The translations under genes and the position numbers were made by a program. Positions 7,438 to 14,509 of a DNA stretch of 14,509 nucleotides are shown piece by piece. Below the pieces are notes generated by a model. It was given only the letters and a program-made list of their open reading frames with translations. It was not told the origin of the DNA and made no database searches. The first letter of the stretch is position 1. Every line of letters starts with the position of its first letter. Origin of the DNA: Candidatus Heimdallarchaeota archaeon (lineage in GTDB: Archaea; Asgardarchaeota; Wukongarchaeia; Wukongarchaeales; JBHIFL01); the NCBI GenBank assembly GCA_046761065.1, contig JBHIFL010000091.1, positions 1 through 14,509 on the forward strand, read 5' to 3'.

Positions 7438-8388
7438 CTATTTTATATTATGTCCTGATTCTCTTTCGAAAGAGAGCGCTTCAAGTCTATTTTTCTTTAC
7501 AGTCAAGGAAAAGACATCGGGACGACCGTAGTGGCCCGTGGGATCGAAATTCTGGCGTTCTTCTCTGACTCGGTCAAGATCTAGCTCTCCATAAATGATG
7601 GTTTCCTCGTTCCTGATTGGTCCCGCAATAGCCTCCCCATCTGGTCCGACAAGGAATGTGCCTCCACTAAGAAACCGATCCCTCTGGGCAAGCATGGCTT
7701 CTTTGAGGGGAAAAGAATCCGGGATATCCTTTTCTAGGAGCACGCCTCCCACGCTGAGTACATAAAGTCGCCCCTCCATCGCAATAAAACGGGTGATATC
7801 TCGTGTTAACCGTGGGCTTCCAGGCCAAGTCGCTATATGGAGTTCCTCTCCTTGCGCGTAGAGGGTATATCGGGCCAAAGGCATCCAGTTTTCCCAACAG
7901 TTCAACCCTCCCACGCGAAATCCTTTCCATTTATGTATCTTAAGGCCATGAGCGTCACCCATGCCCCAGACCAGACGCTCTGCATAAGTGGGCATGAGTT
8001 TGCGATGGAGGCTGACGATACCTTTCTTTGGGTGGATAGCTACTAAGCTGCTATAGACCGTCCCCCCCGAAGAAGCTCGTTCGACCATACCCAAATAGGT
8101 GAACATACCCAAAGTTCGGGCTTCCTCGATAATGACTTTCAGTTCGGGTCCATCAGCCTGCACCGAGCTGTTCACATAGGCAGCATAAGTTCGTTTCTGC
8201 AAGGGATCGTTCCATCGAGCTCCATCAGTCAAATCAATCCAGACAGGATAACCAGGTAGGAATGTTTCCGGAAAAGCACAAAACTCGGCTCCGGTGGAGG
8301 CTGCTTCGTTCATGAGACGAATGATCTTCTCAGTTGTTGCTGCCCGGTCGAGGAACACTGGGGCGGCCTGAATCCCTGCAACCTTCAT
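7438..8388 (-). CDS. Nitrilase (carbon-nitrogen hydrolase, branch 1-like)
   Basis: Glu-Lys-Cys triad in FPETFLPGYP, HRKLMPT and LNCWEN; C-terminal FDPTGHYGRPDVF; RBS AGGAGG upstream. Confidence 0.92.
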   Translation of the reverse strand: MKVAGIQAAPVFLDRAATTEKIIRLMNEAASTGAEFCAFPETFLPGYPVWIDLTDGARWNDPLQKRTYAAYVNSSVQADGPELKVIIEEARTLGMFTYLGMVERASSGGTVYSSLVAIHPKKGIVSLHRKLMPTYAERLVWGMGDAHGLKIHKWKGFRVGGLNCWENWMPLARYTLYAQGEELHIATWPGSPRLTRDITRFIAMEGRLYVLSVGGVLLEKDIPDSFPLKEAMLAQRDRFLSGGTFLVGPDGEAIAGPIRNEETIIYGELDLDRVREERQNFDPTGHYGRPDVFSLTVKKNRLEALSFERESGHNIK

Positions 8389-8779
8389 CAAAGTCCTCCT
8401 TTATGAGTTGAGAGCGATATTTGGTGAGGATGTAAATAAAGTTAACTGTAACTATTCGCAGGTATGACTTTTTAGGGGAAATCATGAGGTAAGCCAGGTT
8501 AATAAAAAATTGGATGAAATCCTATAATATTGAAAAACGTTAGAAGGGCTTTATAGTAATTAGAAAAAAGAAGGTAATGTTAAAACTTGTGGAAAGAAGT
8601 TGAATGCTCAAGATATTATTAGAAAAAAAGGATTATTTTCATTCGAATTGATTTAGAAGCTCTTATAAAGGGGATTAAAGGCGTTATTCAGAAAGAATGA
8701 TCTATCCCTGATAATCTATCCATTTCTCCCCCCAAAACTATTACAAAAAACTTACCTGATTTAGTGATGATTAGATAAT

Positions 8780-9198
8780 AAAGCACCTTTTGAGTTATTA
8801 AGATCAAGCGATCAACTGTTCGATAAAGTGTTTTCAATCCACTTTTATCAGCTTCAACTCCTGAAGCGCCTTTATCTTTAGACCAAATAATGGCTCCAAG
8901 ATTCGCCAAAAGGCTCTATCACCCACAGAAAACGCATTATTAATGATATAAAAATCATGAATGGCGCGGAGAGTGGGTTCCTGTCCGCCAATACCGTCTC
9001 CACCAATGCAAAAGTCGTACTTATCTTTTTTTCAAAAAATGTAGAGTTTTTTGCAACTACTGCTCGACAACGGTCGAAAAGAGTTTTCAATTGTCCACTT
9101 ATATTTTCTTGATAAACGGGGCTGCCGAGAATCAATGCATCAGCCCATTCTTATCACGAATATACCTCTTGCATATCATCTTATGGACACACCCATTC
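8780..9198 (-). pseudogene. Decayed flavodoxin-like NAD(P)H-dependent FMN reductase / iron-sulfur flavoprotein family gene, 5' part deleted
   Basis: Joining the frames gives GCVH/DDMQEVYS**EWADALILGSPVYQENISGQLKTLFDRCRAVV.../IGGDGIGGQEPTLRAIHDFYIINN...F/ANLGAIIWSKDKGASGVEADKSGLKTLYRTVDRL, with about 3 frameshifts and 2 in-frame stops. The 3' end is approximate. Confidence 0.8.
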
Positions 9199-9534
9199 AT
9201 TTCAGGACCGCTTCAAAAAGGTGCCTATAACTTCCTTCTGGTGGTTCCGGCCACTGCAAATACGGTAGCTAAAATTGTAGTTGGAATAGTTGATACACTT
9301 GTGACGAATTCCGTTTCTCAAGCCCACAAGGGGGCTATCCCGATCTATATCTTTCCTGTCGATCAGGAACCGGGATCTCTCATCACTATTTTACCCTAAG
9401 GAAACATGTTAACAATGACTATGAGAGAGGTTGATTTAACAAATGTTGAGAAACTCAAGGTGATGAAAGGAATAACTATCTTGCATCTGCCTTCAGAAAT
9501 ATTCGAAATTATTGAACACTATTTAGCTTCTTAG
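9193..9534 (+). pseudogene. afpA: C-terminal half of archaeoflavoprotein AfpA (HFCD-like flavoprotein), 5'-deleted, with an internal stop
   Basis: PFISGPLQKGAYNFLLVVPATANTVAKIVVGIVDTLVTNSVSQAHKGAIPIYIFPVDQEPGSLITILP*GNMLTMTMREVDLTNVEKLKVMKGITIL...*. AfpA-like sequence continues in frame past TAA 9397-9399; no ferredoxin insert. Confidence 0.8.
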
Positions 9535-9624
9535 AAGAAAGTGGTTCATAAGAATCACCATTGGTATTTCAGGATTATTTTTTTAGTGAATAACACATTC
9601 AGACAATTTTATATTGCTGGAGAA

Positions 9625-9712
9625 ATTCTTTTTAAGAACGCATTTCATTTCTTCTAGTGTCTACTCGAGTTTATTCAGATAAGGTAATGTCCCAACAACT
9701 AAAGATCAATTA
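9625..9712 (-). pseudogene. Possible class I methyltransferase remnant
   Basis: - strand reads IDL/VVGTLPYLNKLE*TLEEMKCVLKKN, resembling the 'D.v...tLhyl.d....L.Em.RVLK' segment. Short. Confidence 0.3.
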
Positions 9713-9853
9713 CGTGACACTTTCTTTTACATGCTGTTCAGCAATTATCCACAACCCTGAAAATTAATTTAAAACCATTCATTTTTTACACCCTTAAGCT
9801 AATAGGGGTCTTTGACACCTCCCTGATTAGACAAACCTACAGAGGCGTGAAGA

Positions 9854-10642
9854 TTGTCCACCGAGCAGAGAATGACATACCACCTTGCTTGGGGCATTTG
9901 TGGAGCTGGACATTTCCTTCCCGAATCGTTTGAAGTGCTAGAACGCCTTAAAACCAAACTTCCGCTCCAAATCACCACCTTCCTGAGTGCGGCAGCTGAG
10001 GAGGTGGTGCGCATGTATGGGTATCCTCAAAAACTGAGACAAATCAGTGATGGGAGCTACTACGCGGAAGTTATTCGGGAGAGTAAGCAAGGGAGGAGTT
10101 TCCCAAAAGCGGGTCGACTTGCCCAAGGCTTTTATGATGCGTTTGTTGTTAGTCCTGTGACTTCCAACACCGTTGCAAAGATTGTTGTTGGGATCGCTGA
10201 TAGCTTGATCTCGCATTGTGTGACCCAGGCCCTGAAAGGGGGCGTTCCGGTCTTTTTGGTGCCAACTGATCAAGAACAGGGTTTAATACGGACAAAACTG
10301 CCTGTAACTATCGACAAAGCGGTTTGCATCGATCACAATTGTTCCGAGTCGTGTCCCGTGGTTAGTGCTTGTCCACAGCATGCCATCCGCCTTATAAAAA
10401 CGGAAACAGGGGTGTTTGTTCCGAGTATTGATCTCTTGAAATGTCGTGTTCTCAAGAGATGCATTACAGCGTGTAAATTTGGAGCCATTTCCTTTCTTAA
10501 AGAGATTGAAGTAAAAATCCGACCACTTGACATTCGGAACAGTCGGAAACTCGACACCATAGAAGGACTAACTCGTCTTTCTACCCCCCACCAACTGATC
10601 CGGATCCTTCAGGAGCATTTTCAAAAAAATTACAACCATTGA
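9854..10642 (+). CDS. dmrX: Dihydromethanopterin reductase (acceptor), DmrX/MJ0208-like Fe-S flavoprotein
   Basis: AWGICGAGHFL, TFLSAAAEEVVRMYG, VSPVTSNTVAKIVVGIADSL and VFLVPTD, followed by a ferredoxin-like insert (C-x4-C-x3-C-x5-CP; C-x2-L-x2-C-x3-C). Start TTG 9854 or ATG 9872. Confidence 0.82.
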   Translation: MSTEQRMTYHLAWGICGAGHFLPESFEVLERLKTKLPLQITTFLSAAAEEVVRMYGYPQKLRQISDGSYYAEVIRESKQGRSFPKAGRLAQGFYDAFVVSPVTSNTVAKIVVGIADSLISHCVTQALKGGVPVFLVPTDQEQGLIRTKLPVTIDKAVCIDHNCSESCPVVSACPQHAIRLIKTETGVFVPSIDLLKCRVLKRCITACKFGAISFLKEIEVKIRPLDIRNSRKLDTIEGLTRLSTPHQLIRILQEHFQKNYNH

Positions 10643-10690
10643 ATTGAACGGCAATCTCGATACTTTTTGGATTAACGCAAATCATGGGTA

Positions 10691-10700
10691 TCTTTTTTTT
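10691..10700 (+). terminator. Oligo-T terminator candidate after dmrX
   Basis: TCTTTTTTTT about 50 bp after the stop, in a convergent intergenic region. Confidence 0.35.
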
Positions 10701-10803
10701 GGCATGCAAAATCTTGGCGGATAATGATATCAGACGTAAAGTCGTATTTTATGTGAATTTATGGGGTTTTTACTTCAAGAGGGATTTTATCGGTTGGTAT
10801 CGT

Positions 10804-12651
10804 TTATCCAGCCCACTCTATCCCTAGTTCTTTCAGTTTCTCGGGGGTGGGTATTCCATTCTCATCCCAACCGCGTACTTCATAGTAGTCAGCGATCATT
10901 TGATCTAAGACGTCTTGTGGGATTTTCTCCTCCCGATCTCCGAACGGAAGAGCTTCATTCTTAAAGCGAGGCGGGAGATCATCATCAGAGCGCGTTAGAC
11001 CTTGTTTGAGGGAAAAAAGACGACCTAAGTTGTAGTTCCGCTCACCAATTTTTAACATTGTGTCTCGATCTATCTCATATCCTGTTACCGCATTCACAAC
11101 ATCTCGGATTTCGACCCAATTTTCCTCAACAAATCCGCGAAATGTGTTTACGACAAAAACGCAGAGTACGAGCGAATTAATAAACGATCGGGCGTTATTA
11201 TAATTTCGGACAATATCGACTTTTCGTTTTGATGTTGAAAAGCGGCTGATGGGTTTCATGACACCCAATTCTACAGCAGCATTGTCTTTTTCAATGGCTG
11301 TGTCATGTACTCCTTCGAGATGGGTACATCCCCGATAAGATGTGGCGTAATCCAAACCTAAGCCTTTTTTCCCTCGTGGTTCGTGCATAGGGGCTTCCAT
11401 CCCTTTCGTATGAACCGCGAACTCTTCACCTCCTATTGATTTCGCAAAACGCATCACCCCCTCTGCAAGTTTATCTCCAATGCCTTCGCGGGCTGCAATT
11501 TTGTCAAGTAATTTGGACACCCCTTCCGTTGAGCCCCAGGTTATGCCATCAGGACCTTGAATTAAACCCCGTTCAGTCGCTTCCATGGCGTACGCAATCA
11601 CATTCCCAGTACAGATAGTGTCCAAACCATAGGTGTTGCACTTTTGGTTAGCTAAGGCTATGAACGAAAGATCGTCGTTCAAGTGTAAGGAACCGAAAGC
11701 TGCGATGGTCTCATACTCTGGCCCCCCATATTCTGGAACAACCTCTTCGTCCAAGGACGTTGTTCGGACTTCTCGCTTGCAACGGATCGGACACGCTGTG
11801 CAAGAGGCTCTCCGCTCGAGAATTGTATCGTACAAGGTACTCCCAGTGATTTTCTCAACCCTCCGATAGCTGCCATGCTGAAAGTTTTTTGTTGGTAATA
11901 CCCCTAGATCACTCAAGGGGGCTGTTATTCCAGACGTACCATATTTTCCCCATTTGATGGTCCTGTCAAGTGTTTTTACGAAACGGCGACGGGTTTCCTT
12001 GTAGCATTTTTCATCTACTATAGGAATCTCCAGTCCCGGCCTTCTCCGTACCACGATTGCTTTGAGCTTTTTTGAACCCATAACAGCGCCTTGCCCACAA
12101 CGTCCGGAGGCACGGTTCCGATCATTAATGATACAAGCGAGTTTAACCAATTTTTCACCTGCCGGCCCAATGCATGCTATTCTTGAATTTTTGTATTTCT
12201 CATGAAGCCAATCGTGGGTCTCTCCTACTGTTTCCCCCCATAAAAATTCAGCATCTTCTAGCTCAGTAGACCCATCAATAATTGAAAGATACTTTGGGTG
12301 ATCCGCTATCCCTCGGATCAGAATCCCATCAAACCCAGCTCGTTTAATTTCCGTCCCAAAATATCCCCCCGAATATCCTTCTCCTAAGAATCCAGTCAGA
12401 GGGGATTTCGACATAACAACATGCCGACCACTACCAGCTAAAGCTAAGCCATTTAAGGGTCCCGTCATAAAAATCAGAAGGTTATTAGGAGAGAGCGCAT
12501 CTCCTCCTTTGAATTCTTTTAACATGATCTTTATGGCAATTCCCCGCCCCCCCAGATGTTGTTGCAAATCCTCTTCAGGAATAGGATATTCTTTGATTTT
12601 ATCTTTCCTCAAATCAACATCTAATACTTTACCGAACATTCCACCACTCAT
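10804..12651 (-). CDS. aor: Tungsten-dependent aldehyde:ferredoxin oxidoreductase family protein
   Basis: LGGRG, KSPLTG, GFDGI, CIGPAGE, RASGRCGQGAVMGSKKLKAI, Fe-S motif CTACPIRC, GGPEYET, GLDTI, HEPR, SLVLCVF, YYEVRGWD. ATG 12651 follows GGTG; alternative start 12663. Confidence 0.95.
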   Translation of the reverse strand: MSGGMFGKVLDVDLRKDKIKEYPIPEEDLQQHLGGRGIAIKIMLKEFKGGDALSPNNLLIFMTGPLNGLALAGSGRHVVMSKSPLTGFLGEGYSGGYFGTEIKRAGFDGILIRGIADHPKYLSIIDGSTELEDAEFLWGETVGETHDWLHEKYKNSRIACIGPAGEKLVKLACIINDRNRASGRCGQGAVMGSKKLKAIVVRRRPGLEIPIVDEKCYKETRRRFVKTLDRTIKWGKYGTSGITAPLSDLGVLPTKNFQHGSYRRVEKITGSTLYDTILERRASCTACPIRCKREVRTTSLDEEVVPEYGGPEYETIAAFGSLHLNDDLSFIALANQKCNTYGLDTICTGNVIAYAMEATERGLIQGPDGITWGSTEGVSKLLDKIAAREGIGDKLAEGVMRFAKSIGGEEFAVHTKGMEAPMHEPRGKKGLGLDYATSYRGCTHLEGVHDTAIEKDNAAVELGVMKPISRFSTSKRKVDIVRNYNNARSFINSLVLCVFVVNTFRGFVEENWVEIRDVVNAVTGYEIDRDTMLKIGERNYNLGRLFSLKQGLTRSDDDLPPRFKNEALPFGDREEKIPQDVLDQMIADYYEVRGWDENGIPTPEKLKELGIEWAG

Positions 12652-12723
12652 CTTAAACACCAAGTCCTATCGTTTCAAGGTGTACCTAAAAAGTTCTTCA
12701 AGAAAGCAATCGATTTTGGCTGC

Positions 12724-12733
12724 TTTATATAAT
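12724..12733 (+). promoter_or_regulatory. TATA-box candidate in the divergent aor / prpB-like promoter region
   Basis: TTTATATAAT about 55 bp upstream of ATG 12786, which has a GAGGAG RBS. Confidence 0.4.
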
Positions 12734-12785
12734 ACCATGTTCTGTTTAGATTCAAAGTAGAAAAATAATAATTGAGGAGAAATAT

Positions 12786-13718
12786 ATGAAGAAAACAAGT
12801 ATTTTACGAAAACTGCTAAAAAGAGATAATATAACAGTTGCCCCGGGAGTACCCAATGCTATTTCAGCAAAGATCGCTGAAAAGACTGGTTTTGAAGCTG
12901 TCTATATGCCAGGTGGTGGCACTGCAGCAACAATCTTGGGTTTACCGGATACTGGGCTAATTACCATGAAAGAAATGGTGACGTTTGCCAAATATATCGC
13001 AGATGCCGTTGAAATCCCAGTGATCGCAGATGCCGATACTGGGTTCGGCAATGCAATTAATGTGATGCGGACTGTTAGAGAGTATATTCAAGCTGGTGTC
13101 GCAGCTATTCACATAGAAGATCAAGCATCACCGAAAAGATGTGGACATACCCGGGGAAAATTACTTATCCCAACTGAAGAAATGATAGGTAAACTTAGGG
13201 CTGCAGATAAGGTAAGGAACGAGATAGATCCAGATTTTGTTTTGATTGCCCGGTGTGATGCAAGAACCGCCGTAGGTGGCGGTATTGAAGACCTTATCAG
13301 GAGAGGAAACGCATATGCGAAAGTTGGTGCTGATATAATATTTCCAGAGTCCCCTCTTTCAACTGAAGAGTTGGAACTTCTTGGAAAAAAAATAGAAGCC
13401 CCACTCTTCGCTAATATGATTATCAAAGGAGGATTAACTCCACTCGTTCCCTTCAAAAAACTTCAAGAAATGGGATATACCATCATTATCATCCCCCTAG
13501 CCATCTTGCAATTAAATATTAAGTCCATATTTGACTTCATGAGAGCGTTAAAAGAGAATGGAGTTGATGGACTCCAAAAATTTGAAAATAAAATGGTAAC
13601 TACCGCAGAAGCATTTACACTTGTTGGATTCCCAGAATATCACAAATTCGAAGAAATATATCTGCCTAAAGATGTTTTAGAGGCAAGATATAAACGGGAA
13701 ACCCCTGGTTTGATTTAA
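12786..13718 (+). CDS. Isocitrate lyase/PEP mutase family enzyme (2-methylisocitrate lyase / oxaloacetate decarboxylase-like)
   Basis: GFEAVY, GLPDTG, IADADTGFG, HIEDQ, catalytic loop KRCGH, IARCDA, GADIIFPE, ANM; 310 aa. Confidence 0.9.
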   Translation: MKKTSILRKLLKRDNITVAPGVPNAISAKIAEKTGFEAVYMPGGGTAATILGLPDTGLITMKEMVTFAKYIADAVEIPVIADADTGFGNAINVMRTVREYIQAGVAAIHIEDQASPKRCGHTRGKLLIPTEEMIGKLRAADKVRNEIDPDFVLIARCDARTAVGGGIEDLIRRGNAYAKVGADIIFPESPLSTEELELLGKKIEAPLFANMIIKGGLTPLVPFKKLQEMGYTIIIIPLAILQLNIKSIFDFMRALKENGVDGLQKFENKMVTTAEAFTLVGFPEYHKFEEIYLPKDVLEARYKRETPGLI

Positions 13719-13751
13719 TCAAAATATTGTTCATTTCTTAGCTTGAAAATA

Positions 13752-13967
13752 TCAATCAACTGCATCGATTTTTTCTTTGGTAGCTTGACCTATCTTGCCG
13801 ACGATATTTCCAGTACCGCCGCATTCTTTGCACGGTTTCTTTCGGATGTGCCCCACTATACCTGTGCCATTGCAGGTAGGACACTTGATCGACTCTGTGA
13901 CGGTTTTAGAGACCTCTTGAGCTTTATCAATGACTTGTTTTGTCTTATCTTTTATCTTTCGAATCAT
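13752..13967 (-). CDS. Small DnaJ-type zinc-finger protein (71 aa)
   Basis: CPTCNGTG and CKECGGTG (two CxxCxGxG); GAGAGGG precedes the ATG; Lys-rich helical flanks. Confidence 0.75.
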   Translation of the reverse strand: MIRKIKDKTKQVIDKAQEVSKTVTESIKCPTCNGTGIVGHIRKKPCKECGGTGNIVGKIGQATKEKIDAVD

Positions 13968-14189
13968 TATACCCTCTCGTTAAATACTAAAAAGTCGATC
14001 AGACTAAAGATTTTTGGTGATAACTGCATCGATATGTAGCATGTAAGCCGTTCACTTGCGAATAAGGTCAGTTATTTTAGGAAATCCAACAGAAAGAGTG
14101 ATTATGGTTACGTATTAATATTTTATCTTGATTATATTATTAATTCAAATAAATTAGGGAGTTCATACATAACAAAGGGACAACAAGGC

Positions 14190-14427
14190 ATGTATAAAGG
14201 AAAATTATTACACTTACGACGTTTCGGACTAATGATGTATATTTAATCATCACCTATTGGAATAATTATGAATTACACTAATACTTACCTGCTTCACTCC
14301 CTAAAAGCAAGTAATAACTGATTAAATTCAAAGGATCCATAATGGTGCTTTCGCCATGTGGGAAGAATTTACATTTAGAATTGAGGAACACAATACTAAT
14401 ACTTTGATTTAACTCATTAACCTTGAA
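14190..14427 (+). pseudogene. Decayed RimJ/RimL-type GNAT N-acetyltransferase (N-terminal half)
   Basis: Frames 3, 2, 1 in turn give MYKGKLLHLRRF/RTNDVYLIITYWNNYELH*YLPASLPKSK**LIKF.../NGAFAMWEEFTFRIEEHNTNTLI*LINLE, which fits the RimJ/RimL N-terminal pattern. Absent from the ORF track. Confidence 0.6.
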
Positions 14428-14509
14428 GGGTCAGTTCAATCAGTTGACTTACAGAATATAAGGTAAATCCCAAAAAGAACCAATCAAGTATATTAAACCA
14501 ACATCCCTA

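Noticed and set aside
9091-9399. 102-aa track ORF as an intact gene
   Set aside because: Its first ~34 codons are antisense to the flavodoxin pseudogene, and AfpA similarity continues past its stop, so it is a chimeric fragment.
9397-9399. In-frame stop in afpA as programmed readthrough (Sec/Pyl)
   Set aside because: The codon is TAA, the gene lacks its 5' half, and all intact genes here use standard stops.
2217-12651. Nitrilase, AOR and acyl-CoA ligase as a single acid-generating and activating pathway
   Set aside because: The genes are separated by unrelated genes in mixed orientations; there is no operon evidence.
3129-14039. Short antisense or overlapping track ORFs (e.g. 3129-3478, 5505-5954, 7837-8046, 9938-10273, 11633-11869, 13121-13456, 13743-14039)
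   Set aside because: Shadow ORFs overlapping better-supported genes, with no recognisable motifs.
14479-14491. 13-bp ACCAATCAAGTAT matching the reverse complement of 3880-3892
   Set aside because: A 13-bp match is expected by chance in 14.5 kb, and only one operator half-site is present.
14428-14509. GGGTCAGTTCAATCAGTTGAC as a second IS end at the right edge
   Set aside because: It coincides with the end of GNAT similarity, but there is no partner repeat, no transposase and no confidently recognised family motif.
1-14509. CRISPR array, tRNA or rRNA
   Set aside because: No regularly spaced direct repeats or recognisable structural RNA motifs found by eye.

Overview
Gene-dense, probably archaeal chromosomal window. 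The archaeal call rests on TTTATA-type boxes, GGAG/GGTG ribosome-binding motifs, AfpA/DmrX flavoproteins and a tungsten AOR; an Asgard-type host is plausible but is only inference. Intact genes: class I SAM methyltransferase, a Cys/His-rich hypothetical, long-chain acyl-CoA synthetase with a palindromic operator, GAF-domain fRMsr (MsrC-like), a capless HAD hydrolase, a translationally coupled pair (polytopic membrane protein plus membrane-anchored EEP phosphodiesterase) resembling a split version of the eukaryotic GPI lipid remodeller CWH43/PGAP2IP, a nitrilase, DmrX-like dihydromethanopterin reductase, aldehyde:ferredoxin oxidoreductase, an ICL/PEP-mutase (PrpB-like) enzyme and a stand-alone DnaJ-type zinc-finger microprotein. 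Several decayed genes that the ORF track shows only as fragments, or misses, are also present: a GNAT apparently cut by an ISH3-like IS end at the left edge, a flavodoxin and an AfpA pseudogene joined back-to-back by a deletion, a possible methyltransferase remnant, and a RimJ/RimL-type GNAT pseudogene near the right edge. No rRNA, tRNA or CRISPR array was seen. All family assignments come from motif recognition by eye; no searches were run.
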